Shown here in pieces: positions 28,924-38,377 of a stretch of DNA of 51,650 nucleotides. The stretch lies in NCBI GenBank assembly GCA_050012755.1, contig JBEKGO010000014.1:1-51650 (forward strand), written 5' to 3'. Below the pieces are notes generated by a model, which was not told the origin of the DNA, searched no databases, and saw only the letters and a program-made list of their open reading frames with translations. Every line of letters begins with the position of its first letter. Positions within the stretch are counted from its first letter, which is position 1. Position numbers and translations under genes: made by a program. The stretch is from Candidatus Bathyarchaeia archaeon. Its GTDB lineage: Archaea > Thermoproteota > Bathyarchaeia > Bathyarchaeales > Bathycorpusculaceae.

Positions 28924-29709
28924 TCAAACAAAAGCTCCTTTGAGGGCTTGGTTACATGCGCAGTTGCATTCACTGGGAGTTTTAGCGACAGTTTCAGCGA
29001 TTACGCGCTTAACATTTTCAATGTTAGACTTCATTGTGGCAAGGATATCGTCAACGCAGACTACGTGGTCTTTCCACACGTCGTAGTCGGTGACGGTTGA
29101 TATGGAAGCATAGCAAATTTCGGCTTCTCTTGCCAAAACGCATTCAGGAACAAGCGTCATGCCAACTACATCAGCGCCCCATTGGCGGTACATTTTGGAT
29201 TCTGCTCTGCTTGAGAATCGTGGTCCTTCGATGCAAACGTAGGTTCCTGTTTCATGCATTTTGATGCCCATGCCCAATGCTACGGATATTATGGTTTTTC
29301 TTAGGTCAGGGCACATGGGTTCAGCCACGGAAATGTGGCACACCTTGTTTTCCGTGTAAAAAGACTGTTCTCGCCGTGTAGTTCGGTCGATGAATTGGTC
29401 AACAAAAACGATTTCGCCTGGACGATACTCCTCTCGCAGAGAACCAACGGTTGAAGGGGCAAGGATACGTTTTACACCAAGCCGTTTTAATGCAAAAATG
29501 TTTGCCCTAACGTTGATATCAGTTGGCCTTATTGTGTGTTTTTTTCCGTGCCTGGGTAAGAAAGCCACGCATTTGCCACCGAGCTCTCCTACGGTTATCG
29601 TGTCTGAGGGCTTGCCGTATGGCGTTTCCATGGCAACTTCTTGAACATTTTTGAGAAGTTTAGGGTCGTAGAGACCTGTTCCACCAATTACTCCAAATTC
29701 CGCTTGCAT
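28924..29709 (-). CDS. mtnP: S-methyl-5'-thioadenosine phosphorylase
   Basis: GVIGGTG, TPYG.PSD, RHG, DQFIDRT, EGPRFS, GMT and TDYDVW motifs. Confidence 0.92.
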   Translation of the reverse strand: MQAEFGVIGGTGLYDPKLLKNVQEVAMETPYGKPSDTITVGELGGKCVAFLPRHGKKHTIRPTDINVRANIFALKRLGVKRILAPSTVGSLREEYRPGEIVFVDQFIDRTTRREQSFYTENKVCHISVAEPMCPDLRKTIISVALGMGIKMHETGTYVCIEGPRFSSRAESKMYRQWGADVVGMTLVPECVLAREAEICYASISTVTDYDVWKDHVVCVDDILATMKSNIENVKRVIAETVAKTPSECNCACNQALKGAFV

Positions 29710-29772
29710 GCCATCTACTTTAAGCGTTCACCTTATAAAAATAGCGACAATGAACTCAGACTATCCCACGAG

Positions 29773-31002
29773 CTAAGAGATTTTTCCTATTGTGACCCCA
29801 ACTGTTTGTGTTTGCCCAGCTCTTACCACCGTGAAATTAGCTGTTTGACCCGGCAAGGTATGCTGCTCCAGAAATGACAGCAAATCATCAGTGTTAGTAA
29901 TTCTTACGCCATTGATAGCAGTTATTATGTCGCCGCCGAGAATTACGTTTGAACCTAGAATTGCCGTTTGCGTTGAACCGCCCTTAAGTCCATTCTGGGC
30001 AGATACACTTTCAACGAGCCATCCATAAGTAACGCTTGTATTCATAGCTTGAGCAATCTGATAGTTCATATCCGTGCCCTGGGCATCAATTGTTGGATGC
30101 TGAGTGTACGAACCAGAAGAAACTAATGAGCTAATTTCACGTGATATGGTGTCAGAGGGAATTGCAAAACCTAAACCTTGAGAGTTACTAATACCAGCAG
30201 TTGTAATGCCGACGACATCGCCTCCATAATCAAGAAGTGGACCCCCAGAATTGCCAGGGTTAATAGCAGTGCTTGTTTGAATAATATCAGGAATTGTCTG
30301 ACCAGCGCTGCCTGAGCTTGATTGTTCAGTGATTGTGCGTCCTAAAGCGCTGATAACGCCTGTTGTTAATGTTCCTGACAAGCCGTATGGTGAACCTACA
30401 GCAACGACTGGGTCGCCTACATTAAGAGTTTCAGAGCTAACAAGTGTCAAAGACGTTAAGCCACTGGGCATCGGGCTAATGGTGAGAACTGCAAGGTCAG
30501 CTAGTGGATCCGACCCTAGCACTTTGGCTGGAAAAGAGTTGCCATCGGAAAAAGTGACGGTTTCATTGATTGCGTCTTGGATCACATGATTGTTAGTGAC
30601 AACGACTTGTTGGTTGTTTACAGTTGCTATGAACCCTGAACCTTGCTGTTGTGAATAACCTAGAGTGCCGAAGAAACTGTATTCAGGCACAAGATCTTGA
30701 ATTACAACCACCGAAGACTTAATTTGTTGATAAAGATTAGAAAGCGAAACATTCGAGCCCGTTAAGTATGTGGCGTTTGGATAAACAATATTGGTGGGAT
30801 TTTGAGTGAAACTTTGCAGTTGACTTTGTAAAGTATTAAGCTTTGAGTTGAAATTTGAATAAGTCAATGCGAAGCCAATTAGACCTCCTGCAATCAAACC
30901 TATGAGAACAAGAATTACTAAAACAACTGCCGAAAAACGTTTAGCTTTTTGTGGCGACGGAATCGAAGGAATAGTAGGGATAGGTGGAGGTGGAATTTCC
31001 AT
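29773..31002 (-). CDS. HtrA/DegP-like membrane-anchored serine protease with PDZ domain
   Basis: GSGF, TNNHV, DLAV and AINPGNSGGPL motifs, a GDII PDZ motif and an N-terminal TM. Confidence 0.92.
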   Translation of the reverse strand: MEIPPPPIPTIPSIPSPQKAKRFSAVVLVILVLIGLIAGGLIGFALTYSNFNSKLNTLQSQLQSFTQNPTNIVYPNATYLTGSNVSLSNLYQQIKSSVVVIQDLVPEYSFFGTLGYSQQQGSGFIATVNNQQVVVTNNHVIQDAINETVTFSDGNSFPAKVLGSDPLADLAVLTISPMPSGLTSLTLVSSETLNVGDPVVAVGSPYGLSGTLTTGVISALGRTITEQSSSGSAGQTIPDIIQTSTAINPGNSGGPLLDYGGDVVGITTAGISNSQGLGFAIPSDTISREISSLVSSGSYTQHPTIDAQGTDMNYQIAQAMNTSVTYGWLVESVSAQNGLKGGSTQTAILGSNVILGGDIITAINGVRITNTDDLLSFLEQHTLPGQTANFTVVRAGQTQTVGVTIGKIS

Positions 31003-31061
31003 CGGTCAACCCTTAAATTTCCCAAAGTTTTTTGGAAGCTTTATTGTCTGGCATTTTCGGT

Positions 31062-31865
31062 TCAGAATATTTCATCGCTTCCATAAATAGGTTTTTTGCA
31101 AGTGGGACATGTATCATCATTCTGTTGGATTGCACTGCCGCAATGAGGACATTTATGGTTCTTTTTGTTCACGTGAAGACCCTGTATTTCTTTAACTATT
31201 TTTCCATCTTTAAGAAGAAGCATCCTTTCAGTATGACGGGCCGCTTGAGCATCATGCGTGACCATTATTATAGTCGTTCCCTGCGTAAGGTTAAGGTTTG
31301 CGAGTAATTTGATGATTCCTTGCTTGTTTTGGCTGTCCAAGTTTCCCGTAGGCTCGTCAGCTAGAATGAAAGCGGGATCATTTGCTAAAGCCCGTGCAAT
31401 TGCTACCCTTTGCTGTTCTCCAGCGCTGAGACGTTGCGGCCTATGTTCTTCTCTTCCTGAAAGACCAACCATCGCCAAGAGTTCGCTTGCCCTCTTCTTT
31501 CGTTCACTTTTTGATTTGATTCGTCCTTCCATGGGTAACTCGACATTTTCTCTGGCATTAAGATAAGGCAATAAATTGAATGTCTGAAAAACGAACCCCA
31601 TCTTGTCTCTTCGGATCTTGTAGAGTTGATTTTCGGGTAAATTAGTTACGTCAACTCCATCTAATTGAATTTGGCCGCTCGTTGGTTTATCAATGCAGCC
31701 AATAACGTTTAGCAGTGTAGTTTTGCCTGAACCTGACGGACCCATAATTGCCATAAACTCACCTTTGTACACGGTGAGATTGAGGTTTGTTAAAGCTGGA
31801 ACGTTTCTTTTGCCAAGGGAATATGATTTGCTCAGGTTTTCTATTTGCAATATGGGTTTACTCAT
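31062..31865 (-). CDS. ABC transporter ATP-binding protein (LolD/MacB type) with C-terminal zinc ribbon
   Basis: GPSGSGKT, LSAGEQQR, ADEPTGNLD and VTHD motifs; C-terminal CPHC..CPTC. Confidence 0.92.
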   Translation of the reverse strand: MSKPILQIENLSKSYSLGKRNVPALTNLNLTVYKGEFMAIMGPSGSGKTTLLNVIGCIDKPTSGQIQLDGVDVTNLPENQLYKIRRDKMGFVFQTFNLLPYLNARENVELPMEGRIKSKSERKKRASELLAMVGLSGREEHRPQRLSAGEQQRVAIARALANDPAFILADEPTGNLDSQNKQGIIKLLANLNLTQGTTIIMVTHDAQAARHTERMLLLKDGKIVKEIQGLHVNKKNHKCPHCGSAIQQNDDTCPTCKKPIYGSDEIF

Positions 31866-33342
31866 ATCTCATCGCCTCTGCTGGTCTTATTTTTGCAGCT
31901 CTCCATGCAGGATACAGACTTCCCAAAGTTCCAAGAAGAATTGCTGCACCAAATAGTATCAGTACAAGTTCGGGGCTTAATGTTGCTACTGATAATCCAC
32001 TGATTCTTGTTGTGCCCGAAAGGAATCCGGCTGCTCTACTTCCTGCACCAATGCCAACGCTCGGGAGTAACGCTGATGCAAGGGTTGGTGCTGCAACACT
32101 TCCTATTGCGATACCCACTACTCCAGCGATTATACTTAGCAAGATGCCTTCAAGCATAAATTGACCCATAACTGCAGAGTTGCTAAAACCGATTGCTTTG
32201 AGGGTGCCAATCTCTTTGGTTCTTTCTTTGACCGTATAGAGCATGACAAATAAAACTATCAAGCTTGTTGCCGCAACAACCACAATAATTTCCTCAACTG
32301 CAGTTGAATATGTTTGACTAGTTGTTGATTGGGCAGCTGCTAATTCTGTATTGTAGGTGGTTTGTAACGTTTGAAGTTGAGTTAAACGGGTTTGGTCTGT
32401 TGTGACTGTAAGTTCTGGATGAATCGCGCTTATGGCATTAGCTACATCTGATACGTCGCCACTGTTTTGAGCAAAGACTGCGAAACTTGTTATGTAGCCT
32501 GTATTGTTGGTTATTGTTTGAGCATCGGATAGGTTCATGTATAATGTTTGTGTTTCCGAAACAGATGATGGACTATAGATTCCTACAACAGTAAAGGTTT
32601 GATCTAAAATAGTGATTGTGTCACCTACCCCTGCATTGAAGTATGCTGAGTTATTTTCGCTAAGCAAAACATCTCCGCTAGAACTTGCCTGTAGGTTGTT
32701 GCCTGCTGTTATGTTTGTTGGCAAAATAGGATAGTTATTTATCAGATCAGAAGTCAGCGGGATACCTTCAATCGTGTAATCGACGGCGAGACGCGTGATG
32801 TCTCGCGTGTATCCGTTAAATGACAAGGTGCTCGTTACGTTTTGCCCTTCAGAGGCTTGAAGTATTGGCTCAACAATTGCAACTCCAGTGACGGTATTGT
32901 TGATATCAGTGTATAGGCTCTCGTTCATGGGATTTGATTGGCCGCCACTAAATGCTCCTCCACCGAACTCGCCGCCCACAGTGCCTCCGCCGAATTGACC
33001 TGGCGTGAAGCCGCTTCCACCAGATGTACCTCCACCAAATTGACCCGGCGTAAAACCGCCGCCCCCAGATGTGTTACCACCGAAATCACGGAATCCGAAA
33101 CCTGAAAAACTAGATGCAAGACTGCAGTCTATTTGAGTTGATGTTTGGTTAATTGATGCGCTAGTTTGGTTAATAATATTCCCTAAGTTTGTAGCTGCTG
33201 TGCTGGCAGACTGCTGATTTGCCAAAACACCGGCAGGAATTGAAACCATTATGGCCATTGAAAAGCCTAACGCTATAATTACGAGTAAAGCTCGAATTTT
33301 TCTTCTTGAAATATTTCTTACTGCTCGATTCATGATTCCCAA
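31858..33342 (-). CDS. ABC transporter permease (FtsX/MacB type)
   Basis: RNISRRKIR, ERTKEIGTLKAIG and YPAWRAAKIRPAEAMRYE motifs. Start set to the TTG at 33342 after an AGGTG RBS (ATG at 33333 is an alternative). Confidence 0.88.
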   Translation of the reverse strand: MGIMNRAVRNISRRKIRALLVIIALGFSMAIMVSIPAGVLANQQSASTAATNLGNIINQTSASINQTSTQIDCSLASSFSGFGFRDFGGNTSGGGGFTPGQFGGGTSGGSGFTPGQFGGGTVGGEFGGGAFSGGQSNPMNESLYTDINNTVTGVAIVEPILQASEGQNVTSTLSFNGYTRDITRLAVDYTIEGIPLTSDLINNYPILPTNITAGNNLQASSSGDVLLSENNSAYFNAGVGDTITILDQTFTVVGIYSPSSVSETQTLYMNLSDAQTITNNTGYITSFAVFAQNSGDVSDVANAISAIHPELTVTTDQTRLTQLQTLQTTYNTELAAAQSTTSQTYSTAVEEIIVVVAATSLIVLFVMLYTVKERTKEIGTLKAIGFSNSAVMGQFMLEGILLSIIAGVVGIAIGSVAAPTLASALLPSVGIGAGSRAAGFLSGTTRISGLSVATLSPELVLILFGAAILLGTLGSLYPAWRAAKIRPAEAMRYE

Positions 33343-33369
33343 ATTTTTACACCTTTCCGTGTTAATGTA

Positions 33370-33468
33370 AAAAGGCAACCAAAAAGAGAATCGAAGGGGT
33401 TTTTTATTTGGGCAGTTATAGGGCTTATGGCCTTTTTTTAGTTCCAATCCTCTTCTTGATTGCCTTTT
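33370..33468 (-). promoter_or_regulatory. Structured 5' leader: 26-bp RNA helix upstream of the ABC operon
   Basis: On the minus strand 33468-33443 pairs without interruption with 33395-33370 (21 Watson-Crick + 5 G-U). It lies between the TATA box (about 33489-33496) and the RBS. Confidence 0.7.
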
Positions 33469-33697
33469 CATTCATACTTGTCGAAGAGTTATTAAACAAT
33501 TTTTCACAATCTTACCCAAATCTAACCCTAATTAGAAAACAATTCAAATTAATTCTATGAAAATTTGATTAAGCACCTGAAAGAATAGATTTGATAAATA
33601 CAAATAATAAAAGCGGTGCAATCGTAAAAGCAAAACTTCATAATTCTGAATATTCGATTCAAAATATTTCAAGTTAGCAAGATGAGAGAAAAAAAAT

Positions 33698-34669
33698 CTA
33701 GATGGGAGGTGGAGGTGGCGGGAGGTCAAATTCAGCATTTCTCTGGCGTCTTCTAAGCAACATTAAGACTACAAGAATGACTAAAACTATTGCAACAGCC
33801 GCTGCGGCCAAATAAATTGTCAGCGATGCAGATATCCCAAAAGGAGAAGCTGAAGACGTAGGCTGATTGGAGGAAGTTGGAGAAGTGGTTTGTATTGGTG
33901 TTGTTATCGGTGTGGGAGTTGGTGTAGCTGACGGAGCAGGGTCTGACTGGATTAAAATACTGTAACTTGTTATTGAACTTGATAACTGTGGCGTATCATC
34001 TACAGGTGTAGCGGTAAACGGTGCTGATTCTCCAGGTGAAAGTGATTGTGAAATATAATCTGTGAAATTCAAGGCTACAACTGTTCCGGAAGCGTTATAA
34101 AATGTTGAAATAACCCAAACGGGCCCTGTAGCTTGATTACCAGTGTTTTGAACTGTTCCGGTTATTGTGTATGGGTCCGTTGTATTCAAAACAGAGACCG
34201 ATCCAGATGGAACTGTCAAACCTGAATATTGAGTTTGATTTGAATCAGAAGCGGTTAGTACTTGAACAGTAACATTAGTTACATAAGTAGCCCAGTTTTG
34301 ATCAAAAGTTGAAATATCGGTTGTAATATCAGGCGCGAAATCTAAGTAAAAGGGAGCCTTCTGGCCTGGACTTAAATAATTTACGTATGCTGTAAACTCA
34401 GCCGAACCCACCAAATCACCAGTCGCGTTATATGCTTCTGCTCCAACAACCACATTACTTAATGTATTTGTACCGACATTCTGTACTTCACCGACCACGA
34501 TTAAATCCCCAATGTACTGCGCTAGTGTAGTTGTGGTAGGAGCAACATACCAACTGTAACTTAAGATCTGGGCTTCCGAAGGATCTGCTTTCACGTTCGG
34601 CGCTGAGAGTAAACTGACTGACGATATGACTAAGGCGACAAGGGCTAAAGCGATAAGTATCTTTTTCAA
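33698..34669 (-). CDS. Secreted, membrane-anchored FxLYD-like domain protein
   Basis: Signal peptide; two GEVQN.G/GTVQN.G...L.PG..APF repeats; PT linker; C-terminal TM, RRR and poly-Pro. Confidence 0.75.
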   Translation of the reverse strand: MKKILIALALVALVISSVSLLSAPNVKADPSEAQILSYSWYVAPTTTTLAQYIGDLIVVGEVQNVGTNTLSNVVVGAEAYNATGDLVGSAEFTAYVNYLSPGQKAPFYLDFAPDITTDISTFDQNWATYVTNVTVQVLTASDSNQTQYSGLTVPSGSVSVLNTTDPYTITGTVQNTGNQATGPVWVISTFYNASGTVVALNFTDYISQSLSPGESAPFTATPVDDTPQLSSSITSYSILIQSDPAPSATPTPTPITTPIQTTSPTSSNQPTSSASPFGISASLTIYLAAAAVAIVLVILVVLMLLRRRQRNAEFDLPPPPPPI

Positions 34670-34923
34670 TTGTTTCCCCTCTATGCTCCTTGGGAGACCT
34701 ATTAACTTGATGATGAGTTATTAAACTTTTTTCAAAATTGTTCCCGAATGAGTAATATCAATCTTTACTCAATAATTGTCAAAAAGGAATTTTCAACATT
34801 AGAACAAAATTAATCCCAAATTAGCTGTAAACTCGATCTTATTCCAATTTAGAGGCTCACATTTATTACTTAAAATAGATTAAAAGAAACAAAGAACCTC
34901 TTCAAATATGCGGGGCCACACAA

Positions 34924-35226
34924 ATGTCTTCAAATGTTCGTTCTCTAAAGTACTTGCTCGGATGGTTGATAGCAGGTACAAGAGGGGGACCAACACGCGC
35001 AAAAATTATGGTGGCATTGAAGCAGTCTCCGCAGAATGCAAATCAATTGGCGACTTTGCTTAAGATGGATTATAAGACCATGCGTCATCACCTTGACGTT
35101 CTCGAAAAAAACAAGATTATCACGTCCATCGGAGACAGGTATGGTGCAACTTATTTTCTTTCGCAAACCATGGAGGAAAATTACGTCATGTTTGAGGAGA
35201 TTGTGAACAAAATCGGGAAAAAGTAG
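34924..35226 (+). CDS. ArsR-like winged-HTH regulator
   Basis: WLIAGTRGG.TR, P.NANQLA..L..DYKT.RHHLDVL and YGA.YF motifs. Confidence 0.87.
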   Translation: MSSNVRSLKYLLGWLIAGTRGGPTRAKIMVALKQSPQNANQLATLLKMDYKTMRHHLDVLEKNKIITSIGDRYGATYFLSQTMEENYVMFEEIVNKIGKK

Positions 35227-35244
35227 AAAAAGGAGCAAAAGAAG

Positions 35245-35688
35245 ATGAAAAAACAAATGGTGGATAACAGAACAAAAATCGTGCTAATATTTGCAATATT
35301 GATAGCAGTTGCAATTCTTGCAACAATCTTGGTTATAATTCAAGAAGCACCGAATTTTGCACCAAGAGGACTTCCTGGAACTAGGTTTATCCCTGGAGAC
35401 CTTGAATTCTTCTACGCTGCTAACTCAATACTTTCAGCTGTCAATATTGCACTTTTAATTGTCTTGACAATAATTTACGTTGACATCTATGTTAAAACCC
35501 GTTCTCAATTTACAATAGGACTAGTAATTTTTGCATTGGTTTTTCTGGTAAAAGATCTAACCTCTAGCCCGCTTATTGTATCGTTATTTAGATTCCGAGC
35601 CTACGGGCTTGGACCATTTGAGTTTCTGCCAGCGTTGTTCGAATTCTTTGCTTTATTCGTTTTGCTGTATTTGAGTATTCGATATTAG
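35245..35688 (+). CDS. Membrane protein (about 4 TM), partner of the ArsR regulator
   Basis: Hydrophobic helices, Y...RSQFTIGL..F motif and AAGGAG RBS. Confidence 0.75.
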   Translation: MKKQMVDNRTKIVLIFAILIAVAILATILVIIQEAPNFAPRGLPGTRFIPGDLEFFYAANSILSAVNIALLIVLTIIYVDIYVKTRSQFTIGLVIFALVFLVKDLTSSPLIVSLFRFRAYGLGPFEFLPALFEFFALFVLLYLSIRY

Positions 35689-36056
35689 AAAAAAAAATCA
35701 GATCTACAAATTGATGCTTATGTTATTTACCAAGCTTTCAGACTTAATTAGAAAAAACCACCCAGAAAGAAAAATTGAAGATTCCTTGCTTCTTTTGCTG
35801 TTTGAAATAATATAGACTATTCTTTACGGATTACCTCGAATTTTTCGGAATCTCCATTTAGCAAACCTATAAGATGAGTTATAAAGTTCAGACCCACAGT
35901 AAGGTAGCTTGCTGCAATACCGGCGATGGCACGTTTCCAACTTATCTTCTTTCCGAGTTAGCGTTCCCTTCCTCCACATAATTCAAAAGGTTTGCTCCAA
36001 GTTGTCGCTAATTTCCTATTTTATGTCTGTTCTATTAACCAAAAGAGAATAAAAGG

Positions 36057-36141
36057 CGCCGAGGATGGGATTCGAACCCATGCGGACCAGAAGGTCCACG
36101 GGCTCTCAAGGCCCGCGCGTTAACCACTCTGCCACCTCGGC
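36057..36141 (-). tRNA. tRNA-Ser(TGA)
   Basis: Acceptor GCCGAGG/CCTCGGC; anticodon arm CGGGC-CTTGAGA-GCCCG; long variable arm GGACC-TTCT-GGTCC; G discriminator. Confidence 0.95.
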
Positions 36142-36297
36142 ACTGACAAATCAACACTTCTATTTCGCTCGCTATTAAAATGTTTACCGAACCGTTCCTG
36201 AAACTATCTTTTTTAAAAGTCTAATTAACAAAACAAATGACTGCTTAAGGTTAATTTCACGTAAAAGTAATTAACCAAGGATGCCTCCTTTTTTGGC

Positions 36298-36711
36298 ATG
36301 GCAACGGCATCACCACTTGTTCAGATACCACAGGACATATTGGAAACGATTTACTCAGGCGCTAAACAACTTTATCCACGGGAAAGCTTTCTTCTATTAA
36401 GAGGCAAAAAAAGTAAAGGCATAATAAAAATAACAGATCTTGTTTTAGCTCCATTTGCAGTTCATGGCGAAGGTAATGTCCATTTCAACCCCTACATGTT
36501 CTCAGGAGACTTCTCTTTAGTAGGTACCGTGCATTCGCATCCATCAGGCAACATTTCACCAAGCCACATAGACATGAACTACTTTTTTGGAAGAATTCTT
36601 ATGATTGTAGGTTACCCATTTGAAGGGAAAAACTGTATTGCAGCATACGATTCAAATGCTGACAAACTAACGATCGAAATTACTTCCCCAATAGGATATG
36701 ATTCCAAATAA
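36298..36711 (+). CDS. JAB1/MPN (JAMM) metalloprotease
   Basis: YPRE plus GTVHSHPSG...PS..D form an intact JAMM motif. Confidence 0.88.
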   Translation: MATASPLVQIPQDILETIYSGAKQLYPRESFLLLRGKKSKGIIKITDLVLAPFAVHGEGNVHFNPYMFSGDFSLVGTVHSHPSGNISPSHIDMNYFFGRILMIVGYPFEGKNCIAAYDSNADKLTIEITSPIGYDSK

Positions 36712-36717
36712 CACATG

Positions 36718-37065
36718 TCAAATTAGGGCGGCTTTCTTGTAAGCTTCGATAAAGTCCAAAGCAAACCTGTCAGCGTTTTTTTCAGTGCCTCGATGCATTT
36801 TATCCACGCCTTTGCTCCGCAGGTGATGATAAAACTCATGCACAATAACAAATGGGTTCACTAAGATGTCGCTGTCTAAAACTGAAATCGTTTGGCTCTT
36901 GGATGTATAACAACCGAACGCTGTTTTCTTGTGCCCTTTCGGTAAACCAACTTTTAATTCAGGAACACTGACTTTATAGTTTTTCGAAAGAAGCTCAAGT
37001 GCTTCTTCTGTTTTTCCATTAAGTATTAGCCAAACTACGAGCGGTTTGAAATTGTCTTGCGCCAT
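36718..37065 (-). CDS. Minimal zincin-like (HEXXH) protein
   Basis: IVHEFYHH followed by E..ADRFA. Confidence 0.7.
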   Translation of the reverse strand: MAQDNFKPLVVWLILNGKTEEALELLSKNYKVSVPELKVGLPKGHKKTAFGCYTSKSQTISVLDSDILVNPFVIVHEFYHHLRSKGVDKMHRGTEKNADRFALDFIEAYKKAALI

Positions 37066-37126
37066 TGTTTAGTCAGCAATACTGGGTTTTGCCGATTAAT
37101 TAACTGCTCACTAAAAAAGCGAAACA

Positions 37127-38377
37127 TTACTCGCCGTAAGTTCCTCTCCTAATTTTTTCTGCCAGCAAATGGATAAACTCAATCGGCCAAACGTCATCAC
37201 AAACATCATCAGTCAAAATTTTTCGTTGATGATATAGTGGAATTAAATCGTTTTTTAGCAAAAGTATCAGGATGAATTCGTGACCATAGGTCCTTTTGAA
37301 CAGCGCATATTTGCGAGCTTGCGTTTTTGTCATTTCGAAATGTGGTTCAAGAACAATTTTTCGTCCGTGAACTTTTTTTTCCAAAATAAAGTCAGGTGTA
37401 TAAACTTCATTGTTAGGCAAAGGAAAACTAATAGTCTCGTAACCGTAGGAAATATGCATTCTCAAAAGTGTAAGGGCAGTTTTTTTCTCCCATCCACTCT
37501 TGTACCGACTCATTTTTTGATAGTAAGCATGGGATTGCCCAGTTATTTTTTGCATGCGATCAAGAAAATCAAGCGCTGTTTTCAGGGTGTAGCGGTTTAA
37601 AGTTTTTTGTCTAAGCCATCTGCCTAAAAGAAAGAATGGATAATCGACTTTTGCAGGGTCCGAAGGAAAAAGGCTTTTTGCAAAGTCAGTTATTTTTTGT
37701 CTTGCCGCGGCTGCAGTTGCTTCATCTCGCCAAAGTGATGGTGAAGCTGAATTTATTAAACCTAAACTGGCGGCGACATTAGCGTTTTCCTTGGTTAATG
37801 GAACGTAGAGGTCTTCTGGGAGCAGATGATCGTAGATTTGCAGGTCAGGTTGGGGTCGCACCATCCAACGCATGTAAATCCATGCCTTATCAATATGCGG
37901 TCCTCCGAACGCTTTGATGTTTTGCGAAATATCATCAACGAAAGCTTTAGGTTTAGTAAATTTTTGAGCATATTTCAACAAGTTTCTTTCAGCGTTAAGT
38001 TTGACAAACAGGTTAACTGATGCCAAAATTTCTGAGGCTGCTTTTTTGTTTGGTCCTAAATCATGGTAAAAATCGAATTTAACAATTTCTTCTTCGAAAA
38101 TATGTCCTTTTTTAACTTCGAAAAGGTTGTTTCCAAAAGCTTCATGAAGATATCCGAGAAGCATTCGGGCATTTTCAGGATAACCTACGACTGTATCATC
38201 TAGTATGGATGATGCTAGCAAAAAATAATGTGCAATCGTTTTGCGCTCATCATATTTTTCTGAATAGGGATTAAAAAGCAACCGTGGACTCATACGTCGG
38301 TCCCACTGGATATCTGCAACATTTGAATTCTTGTTTATGAAATTAACAAGTAGAGTTAGCACTTCGTCGGTTGCCAT
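37127..38377 (-). CDS. DUF2400 (HhH-like) protein fused to a C-terminal PD-(D/E)XK nuclease domain
   Basis: MRWMVR..PDL, VPL and FP.DPAKVDYPFF motifs; C-terminal YKSGWE...YGYE...YTPDFIL...IVLEPH. Confidence 0.72.
   Translation of the reverse strand: MATDEVLTLLVNFINKNSNVADIQWDRRMSPRLLFNPYSEKYDERKTIAHYFLLASSILDDTVVGYPENARMLLGYLHEAFGNNLFEVKKGHIFEEEIVKFDFYHDLGPNKKAASEILASVNLFVKLNAERNLLKYAQKFTKPKAFVDDISQNIKAFGGPHIDKAWIYMRWMVRPQPDLQIYDHLLPEDLYVPLTKENANVAASLGLINSASPSLWRDEATAAAARQKITDFAKSLFPSDPAKVDYPFFLLGRWLRQKTLNRYTLKTALDFLDRMQKITGQSHAYYQKMSRYKSGWEKKTALTLLRMHISYGYETISFPLPNNEVYTPDFILEKKVHGRKIVLEPHFEMTKTQARKYALFKRTYGHEFILILLLKNDLIPLYHQRKILTDDVCDDVWPIEFIHLLAEKIRRGTYGE

Noticed and set aside
33343-33471. 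N-terminal extension of the ABC permease given in the ORF track
   Set aside because: The RBS sits before 33342, and the extension coincides with the structured leader.
35817-35957. Start-less minus-strand frame LGKKISWKRAIAG...FEVIRKE* downstream of tRNA-Ser, possibly a glycosyltransferase C-terminal remnant
   Set aside because: It is too short and the similarity too weak to support without a search.
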